Below, one piece after another: positions 36,246-50,330 of a DNA stretch of 64,000 nucleotides. The notes below the pieces were generated by a model. It was not told the DNA's origin, searched no databases, and worked only from the letters and a program-made list of their open reading frames with translations. Origin of the DNA: Mobula hypostoma (Eukaryota); NCBI RefSeq assembly GCF_963921235.1, contig NC_086108.1, positions 83,082,001 through 83,146,000 of the forward strand, read 5' to 3'. Position 1 is the stretch's first letter. Each line of letters begins with the position of its first letter. A program made the translations under genes and the position numbers.

Positions 36246-36506
36246 GATACTGAGGCCAAGATTAGATGGGCAGGATCGAGGGGCTGCGTGGCGTCCTCCT
36301 GCTCCTCTTTCTAATGATCCTAATGAGGGGATATCCAGAGGTTGTGAAAGCAAGACAGACTCTGGTGTAGTGTAACATTTTTGTGTGTCATATAGTATAA
36401 TTTATGTGGAGGACATCATAGAAAATCAGGACTTCTTAAAGTAGATCATGAAATCAGAGATTTTCCTTGAATCCTCCATCATGTTCTAAAGCTTGGGAGT
36501 ACAATA

Positions 36507-38125
36507 CAAGTTTCCCCTGCTATCCAAAGGTCGAGCGTTCCTATGAAACGGTTCGTAAGCTGGAATGTCGTAAAGCGAAGAAGCAATTACTATTTATTTA
36601 TATGGGAAAATTTTGTGAGCGTTCGCAGACTCAAAAATAACCTACCAAATCATGCCAAATAACACATAAAACCTAAAATGACAGTAACATATAGTAAAAG
36701 CAGGAATGATATGATAAATACACAACCTATATAAAGTAGAAATACTTTTCCACAACCATTGCCTGCACTGTTGTCCGTAGTGAAAATCTCACGCAAGTGC
36801 TCTCGGCAGAAACACGGCGCACGCGCTGAAAATCTCACGCAAGCGCTGTTGGCAAAAACACTCTCTCCAGTAACCTTTAAGCTATGAAGCTGCCAAATCA
36901 TACCAAATAACACGTAAAAATACACAGCCTATATAAAGTGGAAATAATGTATGTACAGTGTAGTATCACTTACCGGAATCGGGAAGACAGCTTGCCGAGC
37001 ACACTGATGATGGTGTGTTAGACTGAGTCGTCGGAGTTTGGGTGATGCAGTTGCCCCCACCCTCCAGGGAGCGAACCAATACCGATCTGCAAAGTACGCA
37101 GGGGTACAGCGGTAGCCAGGAGGCACTCAGCACATTTTTAAGAAAAAAGCCAAAATAAACATGCTAATTAATTAGGTGCCTCCCGGCACGTAATTGTCGG
37201 CCCAGATCAGAGGCGATTGCTGATTGCATCTCCTCTGATCTGGGCCGACAATTATGTGTCGGGCAGCACCTAATTAATTAGCATGTTTATTTCGGCTTTT
37301 TTCTTAAAGGTGTGCTGTGTGCCTCCTGGCTACCGCTGCATTCTCCACGAATCGGTATCTGTCCGCGGCCTGGGGGTTGGGGTGGTGGGACACTGGGGTG
37401 TCATCTCGTCGTCGTCTGTTTCCATTAGGGCAGGCAGCTCATCTTCTCCTATGACTGCCTGCCTCGATGTCGAAGGTCAAGGTTCATCATCTGCTGTGGC
37501 TGATCTGGAAGGCTTGCTTGACTGCTGAGCCTCGTGCATTTTTCTATCATACAGTTCTTTGTAAGCACTCAAACCATCCTGCAAATATCCCCTAAACCAA
37601 CGTACCCTTTCAAAATTAAAGTTGTTCTTTATCATTACTCATTCGGTTTCGATTGTTATCCTTTCCTCTTCCAATTGCATCAGCTCTTCATCTATCAGTT
37701 CTTGGTCATGGGATGCCAAAACCTCTTCAACATCATCTTCGTCAGCTTCCACAAGCCAAACTCACTTTGTCCTTACTTCGTTCACCACAATCAAAACGCT
37801 TAATTGTGTCTAGTTTTACGCCAAGTGTAACACCATTACAAGTTCTTTTAGGCTTTTCCGATACCTTAGAACTCACAGCTGCTCACAGGCACGTGTTTAG
37901 GCAATTCCGGCGAGAATGCCGTTCCGAATCTGGGGGAGAGCAGCTGCTCGGGGCACGAACTGCCTTTTATCGTGCGCTGATTTTTTTGTGCGCTGATTTT
38001 TTTCCGCGCGCTGCTTTTTTTGTAACGGTGAAACACCTTCTGTTAGCGAAAACAAGGAACGAATGTAGGTCTTTCGTAACAGTGAGGTTTCGTAAAGCGA
38101 ACGTTCGAAAAGCGGGGGACACCTG
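36507..38125 (-). mobile_element. Internally deleted Tigger/pogo-like DNA transposon
   Basis: TA on both flanks; imperfect TIRs CAAGTTTCCCCTGCT and AGCGGGGGACACCTG; minus-strand KPKRTCNGVTLGVKLDTIKRFDCGE (CENP-B-like HTH) adjacent to the acidic segment EDDVEEVLASHDQELIDEEL. Confidence 0.8.
37055..37385. repeat. Large internal palindrome in the Tigger-like element
   Basis: ~37108-37217 pairs with ~37228-37338; weaker pairing further out. Confidence 0.85.
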
Positions 38126-38719
38126 TATACAGTAGTGTTGAAAGCTCTTTAACATGACTGGATTTGAATTCTTAGACTTTCTTACATCCAAATGTGCCAT
38201 ATGAGCACGTTTACTCAAAGGCCTTCACAGCACAGGGGTCAAAGTGCACCCGGCCAAGCAGAGTTAAGACAGTGGAGTCTGTCACAGGGAACTGTCTCCA
38301 GGTCAACACCTCTTTACATTGCAAACTAAGCACTTTACACAGTTCTCCCTTGGGCTTTCCTACGCTCACCACCCCCCTCACCCCCATCTCCCAGGTTGCA
38401 ACAACCTCCACCCCCATCTCAAGCCTAAACCTTTAAAGATCACCTAGTCATGAGACTGAATTCATCACAGTACGATTGCCCATCATCCGACCTGACCCTT
38501 GGTCCAATCTCACCCGTGTCTGGTGCCTCTTTGCTTTCTCCTTCCAGGCTTTTCTTCTCAGTTCAGGAATCAATAGATATGAGGTTAGAGCAGGAAGGCG
38601 AGGCTGAAGGAAGATGTCAGGCATCATTTTATTGAATGGAGGAATAGACATGAGGGAGTCAAATAGCCTACTTCTGCTTTTACCTTGTATATTTTCTTCA
38701 CCCATTCCTCTCTCCTGTG

Positions 38720-39765
38720 CCCTACAGACCTGATAGTCAGGATGCACAAATGCTCCTTCCTCTGCATCATCCTCAACAAGGGTGCCATGCCCCAGGCCTC
38801 TGTGCTGAGCCCACTACTGTACACTTTGCTCATACACAACTGCGTGGCCAAACACCCAAACAATCACATTGTCAAATTCACCAAAGACATAACAGTGGTT
38901 GGGCTCATCACCTACAAAGATAACATGGTCTACAGCTTGAGGCCTGGCGCCAAGCAAATAACCTCTACCTCAATGTCAACAAGACAAATGAGATGGTTAT
39001 CGACATCAGGAAAACTCTTGCCACTCACACCCCTCTTCACGTCGACGGCGAGCAGTTCAAACTTCTGGGATTGCACATCTTTCATAACCTCTCATGGTTA
39101 AGAAACACATCCTCCACAGTTGGGAAAGCTCACTAATGACTCTGCTGCCTGAGGAGGCCGAAGAGAATTGGACTATGCTCATCATTACTTGTGACCTTCT
39201 ACAGATGCACAGTTGAGAGCATCCTAACATGCTGCATTGTGGTGTGGAATGGAATCTGCATTGTGGCGCTACAACAGGTAGTTAAAACTGCCCAACACAT
39301 TACCAGAACCAGCTTACCTACCATCAAGGACAACGACATAGAAAGGTGTCAGAAAGGGCCAACATTATCAAGAATGACCGACCCGCCCAGTTCATGGTCT
39401 GTTTCTCCCACTCCACGAGGGAAGAGGTCATGGAGCCTTCACACCAGGACCATCAGACTCAAAAATAGTTACTTCCCTCAAGCTATCAGGCTGACCAACA
39501 CCTCCAACCATTAAGCCACTCCACCAAGATGCCCCCCATCACCACTACTTTATCATTTCCTGTCAGTCACCTTATGTACAGATACTCCTGTACATAGCAT
39601 CACTTTATGTGCATACAATTAGTCCATGTATTTATACATTGTGTTTTTGTTGTGTTTTTCATGATTATTGTGTAACTTTTACGCTGCATTGGATCTGGAG
39701 TAACAATCATTTTGATTTCCTTTACACTGGTGTACTGAAGAACGACAGTAAACAACCTTGAATCC
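38720..39765 (+). mobile_element. Rex1/Babar-like LINE, 5'-truncated and degenerate
   Basis: GAMPQASVLSPLLYTL, IVKFTKDITVVGLI, TFYRCTVESILTCCIVVW, RTIRLKNSYFPQAIR. Confidence 0.75.
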
Positions 39766-40528
39766 TCCTACCCGTTAGATTTCTTCTGCACACTCACCAT
39801 TGGTGAACCACTGGTTGGAAAGACTCTTGAAAGTGCAACATTACAAGGCTTGATCTATCTTCCACAAAAATTTGGCTTATAAGATTGCCATGCAGGATGG
39901 TGGGCCAAAGGGATTGTTCATCGGCATACCATGTATCACTAATTTATTGCATTTTCTACATTTCTAAATACATTTTTATGAATATATTCAGGAGAAGATT
40001 ACAGCATTTTCTCATCTAGGGTTTAATTAACAGATGCTGCACAGTGTGACAACATCATTCTTTTATGCCAATCTTAATCAGGATATTCAAATTTTCAGCA
40101 GATATATAATGAAAAAATACATATTAAGATTTCAAGTACCCTAATAGATACATGAAAGACAATGAAGTAATAATTTGAGAGGATGTCTCTTGAACTTTGT
40201 TCAGCCAATGTTTTGAGTACATATTAAGAGGATTTAAATATTCCGGAATTTCCCCCACTATAGTGGTTGACCCATAGCAGGCAAATGTTTGCATGCACTC
40301 AGAGGCTGGCTACAAGTCATTGTCTACTCATGCATTCAAGCCAATGAGAGAATGCACCGTAAGTTCAAGATTCAGCAGCGAACAATGATAAGGTACCAGC
40401 TTGCCTCTGCTGCATAACACTGCCCTCCAACAGTAAAAGTTCAACACAAGACCTTGGGAAAAAACTGGGCCATCTTTCAACTCTCCGCAACCATTTCTCA
40501 GAAAAGGCAAACATGAATGAATGAATTT

Positions 40529-43500
40529 TAGACCATAAGATATAGTAGCAGAGTTAGGCCATACGGCCCATCAAGTCTGCTCTGCCACTTCATCATGGAT
40601 GATCCTATTTTCCTCTCAGCCCTAATCTCCTGCCACTCCTCATATCCCTTCATGCCCTGACCAGTCAAGAAACTGTCAACATCTGCCTTAAATAAATATA
40701 AAGACTTGGCTTCCACAGCAGCCCGTGGCAAATAATTCCACAGATTCGTCGCTCTCTGGCTAAAGAAATTCCTGCTCATCTCCGTTCTAAAAGGACGCCC
40801 CTCTATGCTGTGGCTGTGTCCTCTGGTCTCAAACTCTCCCACATCCTTTCCACATCCACTCTGTCAAGGGCTTTCACTATTTGATAGGTTTCAATGAAGT
40901 CACCTCTCATTCTGAATTCTAGTGAATACAGGCCCAGAGCCATCAAATACTCTTCATATGACAAGCCATTCAATTCAGGAATCATTTTCATAAACCTCCT
41001 TTGAACCCTCTCCAGTTTCAGTCCATGTTTTCTAAGATAAGGGGCCCAAAACTGCTCACAATACTCCAAGTGAGGTCTCACCTGTGCTTTATAAAGTGTC
41101 AACATTACATCCTTGCTTTTATGTCCTAGTCCTCTTGAAATGAATGCTAACATTGCATTTGCCTTCCTCTTCACAGACTTGACCTGCAAATTAACTTATA
41201 GGGAATCCTGCACAAGGTCTCCTAAATCCCTTTGCACCTCAGCTTTTTGTATTTTCTCTCCATTTAGAAAATAGTCAGCCCTTTCATTTCTTCTACCAAA
41301 GTGCATGACCATACACTTCCTGACACTGTACTCCATCTGTCATTTCTTTGCTCATTCTCCTAATCTGTCTAAGTCCTCCTATCGCCACTCTACTCCCTCA
41401 AAATTACCTGCCCCTTCACCCATCTTCATATTGTCTGCAAACTTTGCAACAAAGCCATCAATTCCATCATCCAAATTATTGACATATAACGTAAAAACAA
41501 TCAGTCCCAACGCCTGTGAATCACCACTAGTCACTGGCAGCCAACCAGAAAAGGTTCCCTTTATTCCCACACTTTGTTTCCTGCCAATCAGCCATTGCTT
41601 TATTCATGCTAGAATCTTTCCAGTAATACCATGGGCTCGTTGCTTGATAAGCAGCCTCATGTATGGCACCTTGTTAAAGTCCTTCTTAAAATCTAAGTAC
41701 ACAACATTAACTGAGTGTCCATTATCTATCCTGCTTGTTATTTCTTCAAAGAATTCCAACAGACATTTGCAATTTTCCAGTCTTCTGGAACCATTCCAGA
41801 ACCTAGTGATTCTTGAAAGATTATTACTAATGCCTCCACAATCTCTTCAGCCACCTCTTTTAGAATCCTGGGGTGTACACCATCTGGTCCAAATGACTTA
41901 TCTACCTTCAGACCTTTCAGTTTTCCAAGAACCTTCTACCTAAAAATGTTAACTTCACAGACTTCATGATCCCTGACACATGGAACTTCAATCCTTGCCG
42001 GTGCTCTTTTCCAATCAATTCCAGCCAGCTCCTCTCTCATGCCTCTGTAATTCCCTTTACTCTACTGTAATACTCATACATCTGACTTTAGCTTCTCCTT
42101 CTCAAATTTCAGGGTGAATTCAATCATGTTATGATCACTTTCTCCTAAGGGTTCTTTTATCTTAAGTTCTCTCATCAATTCTGGTTCATTGCACAACACC
42201 CAATCCAGAAAAGCTGATCCCTTAGCAGTCTTAACGAGCTGCTCTAAAAAGCCATCTCATTGGCCTTCTAGAAAATTCCCCATCTGGAATCCAGAATCAA
42301 GCTGATTTTCCCTGTCTACCTACATATTGAAATCCCCCATAACAGTTGTAACATTCCCTTTTTGGCATACATTTTCTATTTCCCATTGAAATTGGTAGAT
42401 CACATCCTTATTATTGTTTGGGGGTCTGTATACAGCTCCCATCAGGGTCTTTTTACCCTTGCAGTTCCTTGGGCACTATCCACAATGATTCAACAGCTTC
42501 CAACCCTATCTCACCTCTTTCTAATGATTTGATTTCACTTTTGAACAAACAGAGCAATGCCACCTACTCTGCTTTCCTGCCTTTCCTTTTGATACAACGT
42601 ATATCCTTGGACATCAAGCTCCCAGCTATAATATTCTTTCAGCCACGATTCAGTGATGCCCACAACATTATAACTGCCAATCTGCAACTGTGCTACAAGT
42701 TCATCTATCTTATTCCATATATTGCATGCATTCAGATACCACACCTTCAGTCCTGTATTCACCCTTTTTGATTTTGTCTGCTTTAGTGTTGCGACTCATC
42801 CTGTTGAGTGCAATTTTGCCCAATCAACAACCTCTCCTTACTACACATTGCCACTGTTTGTAAACCAGCTACCTCATCTTACCCACTGTCATCCACATTG
42901 CCCACGATACTTCTTGCAAAGAAATGTACGTAGCTCCGGACTCTCGTTGCACCATGCTGAGCCTTTTGATTCCTAGCTTTGTCTGAGGTCTTACCAACAT
43001 CTGCCTCCACAACCTCTCTACTAACATTCTGGCACTCTGGTTCCCATCCTCCGGCGTGGAGCATTAACAAATGCTCCCGCTAGGATATTAGTCCCCCTCT
43101 AATTCAGGGTGTACAGATCCCATCTTCCCTGGAAGAGAGCCCAATTTTCCAAGAATCTTGTGCCCTCCCTTGTTCCCGCTAGGATATTGGTCCCCGTCCA
43201 GTTCAGGTGTAAAGGCCCCATCTTCCCTGGAAGAGAGCCCAATGTTCCAAAAATCTTATGCCCGCCCTCCTACACCAACTCCTTAGCCACAAGTTAAACT
43301 GTATATTCTTCCTACTTCTGGCCTCACTAGCATGTGGCACAGGTAGCAATCCTGAGATCATAACCCTGGGGGTCCTGCCCTTTATCTTAGCACCTAACCC
43401 CCCGAGCTGCCAATGCAAAACCTCGTCACTTGTACCACCCATGTCATTGGTACCTACATGGACCACGGCCTCTGGCTGTTCATCCACCAACTTAAGAATG

Positions 43501-44280
43501 CTGAGGATCAATCCAAGACGTCCCGGATCCTGGCACCTTGGAGACAACATACAATCGGGAATCTCATTCTTGCCCACAAAACCTCCGGTCCGTTCAGCAC
43601 CAGTTACCACAATGTGCCTTCTCTCCCCACTTCCCTTCTTCCCTTCTGAGTCACAGAGCTGGACTCAGTGCCAGAGACCCGACCACGGTGACTTTCTTCT
43701 GAGAGGTCAACACTCCCCCCAACAGTATCCAAAGTGATAAATGCTGTGAGGGTGATGGCCACAGGGGTTCTCTGCACTCACTCCTTAGCACCTTTCCCCT
43801 TCCTGACTGTCACCCAGTTCCCTGTGTCTTGCACCTTGAGTGTAACTACCTTCTGCCTCCCGAATGATCCAGAGTTCATTCAATTTCAGGTCGACCTCCT
43901 TAAAATGGTTTGTTAGAAGCTGCAGCTGGATGCACTTCTTGCAGCTGTGGTCATCAGGGATGTTGGAGGTCTCCCTACCTTCCCACATCCCACAAGAAGA
44001 TCCACTATCCACTATCCAGCCTGGCATCTCTTCTGTCTTATTTGAGCAGATATAAAGAAGGGAAGGAAAAAAAAGCTTAACCTATTTGCTTTCTCTGACT
44101 GAAGCCTCAAAGAGCTCAAGATCACCACTCTGACTCTGTCCACTCAGACTGTGGCCGCTGTGACAATGGCCACTGCGTTTGTCCCTGCCTTCTTTTAATT
44201 TGCTCTTGTTATTCAATCACACAGATTGGCCACTGGTAAAAGCTGTATCACTCTGCCACAACCTGCTTGCTACTGCCTTT
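40529..44280 (-). mobile_element. Near full-length, internally deleted CR1 LINE (ORF1 with Cys finger and SGNH-esterase-like domain; ORF2 EN-RT relic)
   Basis: SSCGMWE..HSCKKCIQLQLL; VVHVGTND..VMISGLLPVP; YLNACNIWNKIDEL..GITESWL; KFADNMK; RPHLEYCEQFW. Confidence 0.85.
43072..43268. repeat. ~99-bp tandem duplication in CR1 ORF1
   Basis: Two diverged copies of 'tcccgctaggatatt.gtcccc...cccatcttccctggaagagagcccaat'. Confidence 0.8.
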
Positions 44281-44395
44281 TTCTACTTGGCCAGTTGACT
44301 TGAGTGAAATCTCCTCCTCTCACTCTTGATTTTACCACCAACTTTTATGTGCCAGCATAGTCTTTTGTTAATTGAGGGGAAGGATGATTGAAAGG

Positions 44396-44650
44396 AGCAG
44401 CACAGTAGAGCAGCAGTTAGCTCAACACCACTGTCTGTAGTTTGTGCATTTCCCCGTGACCACATCGTTTTCCTCCCACATTCCTCAGACATACGAGTTA
44501 GGATTAGTAAATTGTGTGCATGCTGTGTTGGCATAAAAGTGTGGCAACACTTGCGGGCTGCCCCAGCACAACCCCGATGCAAGCAACACATTTCACTATA
44601 TATTTTGATATTCTAATGTATATGTAACAAATAAAGCTAATCTTTAACCA
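44396..44650 (+). mobile_element. SINE (V-SINE-like), degenerate
   Basis: tRNA-like head; core 'gtttgtgcattccccgtgacc...ttcctcccacattc'; AATAAA tail. Confidence 0.5.
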
Positions 44651-44674
44651 TTAATCTTTAAACTCAAGATCTCA

Positions 44675-44978
44675 AACCTGGCATAAGACTCATTGTCCAC
44701 TGGCATCAGTGACCTCTGAGTCCTGGTTTGCCTACAGAAGACAACTTCCAGGTCCTGGAAAAACAACACCAATGCTGTCTCTACAAACTCCCCCAAATCC
44801 ACTGCTGGGACAACCAAGCACGTGTCAGTGTCCTCCTCCAGTTCAACATCTCCAGCAATGAAGCCCCACTTACAATCATCGGGCAGGATACACCATTCAC
44901 ATTCTCAATACCAGATTCTTGAAACAAACAGTGCATTTAAAACTCTGTAGAAGGAAGAGATTACCATGTGGACAAATG
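44675..44978 (+). mobile_element. Old RTE ORF 3' fragment
   Basis: LEKQHQCCLYKLPQIHCW resembles RTE LExxHQRCLRKILxIxW. Confidence 0.55.
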
Positions 44979-44979
44979 G

Positions 44980-45095
44980 GAAACACACACAAAATGCTGG
45001 AGGAACTCAACAGCTCACGCAGCGTCTATGAAAATGAATAAACGGTCGATGTTTCAGTCCAAGACCCTTCATCAGGACTAGAAAGCAAGAGGAAG
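44980..45095 (-). mobile_element. PLE tail fragment with HHR (45043-45080)
   Basis: Minus strand reads tagtcCTGATGAagggtcttggactGAAAcatcgaccg. Confidence 0.7.
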
Positions 45096-45626
45096 ACATT
45101 GCCAAGAGTGTGTCTTTTAACATCACTTGCAGGCAGCCTGGGCATGAAAAGGTAGTGAAAGGACTGATGTTTGGTGCTTATAGTTATTTTTCCCATACTT
45201 TGACAGCATAAAGCATGCTGATCTGATTAAAGCTAATGTTTTGGTTGGCTACACACTGGCAGTCACTTGGAAAAAGATCACCATAACACTCTCATTTCTT
45301 CATTTGTGAATTTCAACAGTCAGTATAATTAAACGTCAGCTGAACAAGAGTATCAAGTTATGAAATTAGGCTGAACTAATATTGTTTGACATAATTCAAC
45401 CTAACGCACACTCTAGATTATGTGTCACCTGAACTTGTAATGAATATCTGTATTTTGTTCTACCCACAAATTGTTGATGGAGCCTCTGCAACATGTATTT
45501 TCTGAAATGATTTCTCTTGTATTGTGTTTGTGGTCTTACCACCTTATGACCTGCTGTCCGACTGCACCACAATGCAAAGCCATTATGAGCATGCACAACC
45601 TTGCATCTCCAAACAGCTTCAAATAT

Positions 45627-46140
45627 TTCAATGGTTCCATTTAATGTCAGAGAATGTATACAGTATACAACCTGAAATTCTTACTCTTCGCAGACATCCA
45701 CGTAACAGAGGAAAAACCCCAAAGAATGAATGACAGAAAATGTTAGAACCCCAAAGCCCCCCTATTTCCCCGCTCATGCACAAGCAGCAGCAAACACATC
45801 AACTCGCAGCCCCCCCCAACTTGCTGCAGGAAAAGCATCAACACCCCATCACACACCATGCAAGCAATAGCAAAGCCACCAGAGACCACGACCTAGAGTT
45901 CATCGAAAAACTACTGTCCATCCCAACACTTCGACATCTCACAGGCTATCTCATACTAGTGAGGGAGAGAGTGGTACTGCTTCTGCCAGAGCGAGAGGGG
46001 ACGCCAACAGCTGGCTGTTTCGATGTTACAATCTGTAGCGTCATTTGTTTCGACAGTAGCGTACGCTACTGGCTCACTGTTTCCATCTCCCACGGTGCTT
46101 TGGTCGGCAGCAGCAGCGAGGAATCAGGTCATCTGAAGAT
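45627..46140 (-). repeat. Non-coding interspersed repeat with a LINE-type tail
   Basis: Minus-strand end 'gaatttcaggttgtatactgtatacattctctgacattaaatggaaccattgaa' resembles the tail at ~20890-20950. Confidence 0.4.
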
Positions 46141-46527
46141 ACGTATCCATGCATGACTAAGCTGCTGCAATAAAAAAATGAGCAAAGCTTCCTGACTCCT
46201 GGCACTGGCGAGACATCAAATTGAAAGCTTGCCTTTAGAGCAATAATTGAAAAATAGCTATTTTATTCATGGATCTCAGACTTTGCAATTCAAATAAAAT
46301 CACCACATTAATTTTGTCTTCATAGGTCTAATAGGCCTGACATAAATATTCAGGTGAAACTGCCGACAAAGAAGTTAAGTGTGTTTATAGTAGATTTAAG
46401 AACATAGAAAACAAAAGTGATTGCGGGCTCCACTGTTTGATAAGACTGTGGTTAAACTTTCACGTTACCTCCACTTTCCTGTCTTGTCTTCATTCAATTA
46501 CTGTCAGCTGCTATCCAGATCATTAAT

Positions 46528-49500
46528 CCATAAAAGCATAAGACAATAGGAGTAGAATTAGGCCATTCAGCCCATCGAGGATTTGCCACCATCCCATCAT
46601 GGTTGATTTATTATCCCTCTCAACCCCATTCTCCTGCCTTCCCCCGACAACCTTTGGTGAACTGATTAATCAAGAACCTATCAACTTCCACCTTAAATAT
46701 ATCCAATGACCTGGCTTACATAGCCGTTTGTGGTAAGAAGTTCCACAGATTCACCACCCTCTGGCTAAAGAATGTTTTCCTCATCTCTGTTCTAAATGGA
46801 TGTCCCTGTACTCTGAGGCTGTATCCTCAGATGCTAGACTCCCCCACCACATCCACTCTATCTAAGTCTTTCAATGTTCAATAAGTTTCAATGAGATCCC
46901 CTTCATTCTTCCAAACTTCATCAAGTACAAGATCCTCCTATGTTAACCCTTTCATTCCAGGGATCATTCTCCTAAACCTCCTCTGGACCCACTCCAATGT
47001 CAGCATATGTTTTCTTGGGGCCAAAAAATCCCTTATGCTCAATACTTAAAATGTGGTCAGACCTTGGGAGTCATTGTGCAGGATTCCTTAACAGTTTTTG
47101 AATTTTGAATTTTCTCCCCATTTAGAAAATAGTCATAGTCATAGTCATACTTTATTGATCCCGGGGGAAATTGGTTAAAAGGGTCAACGCTTTCATTTCT
47201 TCTACCAAAGTGCATGACCATGTACTTCCCGCCACTATATTCCGTCTGCCACTTCTTTGCCCATTTTCCTAATCTGTCTAAGTCCTTCAGCAGACACCCT
47301 GCTTCCTCAATAGTACCTGCCCCTCCACCTATCTTCGTATCATCCGCAAATTTGACCACAAAGCTATCAATTCTTTCATGCAAATCATTTACATTTAACA
47401 TGAAAAGAAATGGTCGCAGCACCAACCTCTGCAGCACACGGCTAGTTGCCAACAACCAACCAGAAAATACCCCTTTATTCCCATTCTTTTCCGTCTGCCA
47501 GTCAGCCAGTCTTCTATCCATGTTAGTATTTTTCCTGTAATACGACAGGTTCGTATCTTGTTAAGCAGCCTCATGTTCAGCACCTTGACAAAGGCTTTCT
47601 GAAAATCCAAGTAAACATCTATTGTCTCTCCTTTGCCTGTCTATCCTGCCTGTTCCTTCCTAAAACAATTCCAACAGATTTGTCAGGCAAGATTTCCCCT
47701 TAAGTAAACCATGCTGACTTTGGCCTTTTTTGTCATGTACTTCTAAGTATCCCAAAACCTCATCCTTAATAATGGACTCCAACATTTTTCCAACTACTGA
47801 AGTCAGGCTAGCTGGCCTATAATTTAATTTCTTCTACCTCCCTTCCTTCTTAAAGTTTGAAGTGACATTTGCAATTTTCCAGTCCTCTGGAAAATTTGCA
47901 ATTTCAGGATCTAGTCATTCTTGAAAGATTATTGCTAATACCTCCACAATCTTTTTAGCTACTTTTTTCAGAACCCTGCTATATAGTTCATCTGGTCCAG
48001 GTAACTTACATGTATCTACCTTCTGATTTTTTAAGCTTACCAAGTACCTTCACATCAGTCATTTCTGCCCGCAGATGCTTTTGAATTCCTGGCATTCTGC
48101 TGGTATCTTCTAAAGTGAAGACTAACACAAAACACTTACTAAGTTCATCTGCCATTGCAACCTCTCCAGCATCATTTTCCAGCTGTCTGATATCCTCTCT
48201 TGTCTCCCTTTTACTCTTTATATATCTGAAAAAAAAACTTCTTGTATCCTCTGTTATATTATTGGCTAGCTTACCTCATATTTCATCTTTTCTCTCTTTA
48301 TGTTTGTTCTTAGTTGCCTTCTCTTGGTTTTTAAAAGCTTCCCAATCCTTGACCTCCCCGCTAATTTTTGTTCTGTTATTGGCCTTTTCTTTTGCTTTTA
48401 TACTCTTTTTGACTTCCTTTGTCAGTCATGGTTGCCTCATCCTCCCGTTAGAATACAATACTTCTTCCTTTGGATTTATCTTTCCTGCAGCTTCCAAATT
48501 GCTCCCAGAAACTCCAGCTATTGCTGCTCTGCCGTCATTCCTGCTAGTGTTCTTTTCCAATAAACTTTGGTCAGCTCGTCTCTCATACTTCTGTAATTCC
48601 CTTTACTCTATGGTAATACTGATACATCTGACTTTAGCTTCCCCCTCTCAATTGCAGGGTAAATTCTATCATATTATGATCACTCTCTCCTAAGGGTTCC
48701 TTTACCTTAAGCTCCCTAATCAAATCTGGTTTAATACACAAAACTCAGTCCAGAACTGCCTTTCCCATAGTGGGCTCAGCCACAAGCTGCTCTAAAACGC
48801 CACCTTATTCACTCTCTGGGGATCCATCACCAGCCTGTGTTTCCCTATCTATTTGCATATTGAAATTCCCCCATTACTACAGCAACATAGCCTTTTGTAC
48901 ATGTTTTTTCTATCTCCCATTGTAATTGCACCCCATATCCTGGCTACTGTTCGGAGGCTTTTATGAAACTCTCATGGTCTTTTTACCCTTGCAGTTTCTT
49001 AACTCCACCCACAAGGATTCTATATCTTCAATTTCTACATCACCTCTTGAATGAGTTGATTTTTTTTTTACCAACAGGGCCATTCTACTCCCACTGCCTA
49101 CCTGCTTGTCGTTTGGATTTCAAGCTCACAACTATGACCTTCTTTCAGCCATAACTCTGCGATGCCCACAACATCACACATGCCAATTTCTAACTGCACA
49201 ACATCATTTACCTTATTCTGTATATTGTGTGTATTCAGGTATAACACCTTCAGTCCTGTATTTATCACCCTTTTTGATTTTGGTCCTTGTTACACTCTAA
49301 CATCCCACTGACTGCAATTTTGCCCTACCACCTGCCCACCCTCCTTCACAGTCTCACTGCACACTGCATCTAGCTGTACTGTATACCAACTGCCCCATGC
49401 TCAGCTCTTTCACCCTAGTTCCCATCCCCCTACCAAATTAGTTTAATCCGTTTCCATCAGATCCAGCCCTGCCTGCAAGGATATTGGTCCCCGTTGGGTT

Positions 49501-50330
49501 CAGGTGTAACCCATTCTTTTTGTACAGGTCATACCTTCCCCAGAGGAGATCCCAATGATCCAGAAGTCTGAAACTCTGTACCCTGCACCATTTCCTCAGC
49601 CACACATTCAGCTGGCAAATCAACCTATTCTTACTCTCACTGGCACGTGGCACAGGCAGCGATCCAGAGATTATTGCCCTGGAGATCCTGCTTTTCAGCT
49701 TTCTATGTTCTCTCTTCAGAACCTCCTCCCTTTCCTACCTATGTCATTGGTACCAACATGTACTATGTTTTCTGGCTGTTTACACTCCCTCCTTCGAATG
49801 CTGTGGACCCAATCGGAGACATCTCCGACCCTGGCACCTGGGAGGCAACATACCATCCAGGTGACTCTTTCACATCCACACAATCTGCAGTATGCTCCCC
49901 TAATTATGGAATACCCTGTCATTAATGTAGTCCTCTTCACCCCGCTCTTCCCTTCTCAGCCACACAGACACACTCAGTGCTGAAGATCAGGTTGCGGCGA
50001 CTTCTCTGTAGTAGGTGTTTCCCCCTTCTCCCACTGGTATCCAAAGGGGTATACTTATTGAGGGGAACAGAAACTTGCCTCCCTGTTGCTCCTTCTATCA
50101 CCTTATTTTCCCATATGAGCCATAGGTCAACAAGCTGCAGCTCCAGTTCCTTCACACCATCTCTAAGGAGTTGCAGCTTGGTGCACTTCGTGCAGATGTA
50201 GTAATCAGGGAGACTGGACGTCTCCCAAAGTTCCCACATCTCACACAAGGAATATACCACTAACTCTAGATCCATAGTCACCTGGGGACTGAGAATTCCA
50301 GTACCTAGCAACTACTAAGTAAGAGAAACT
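46528..50330 (-). mobile_element. Near full-length degenerate CR1 LINE (ORF1 and ORF2)
   Basis: YICTKCTKLQLL, VCCLPGARVGDV..IVHVGTNDIG, KNGLHLN, KFADDTKIGG. Confidence 0.85.
47128..47178 (-). mobile_element. ~50-bp LINE 3' terminus inserted in the CR1
   Basis: Minus strand reads aaccaatttcccccgggatcaataaagtat(gactat)3. Confidence 0.6.
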
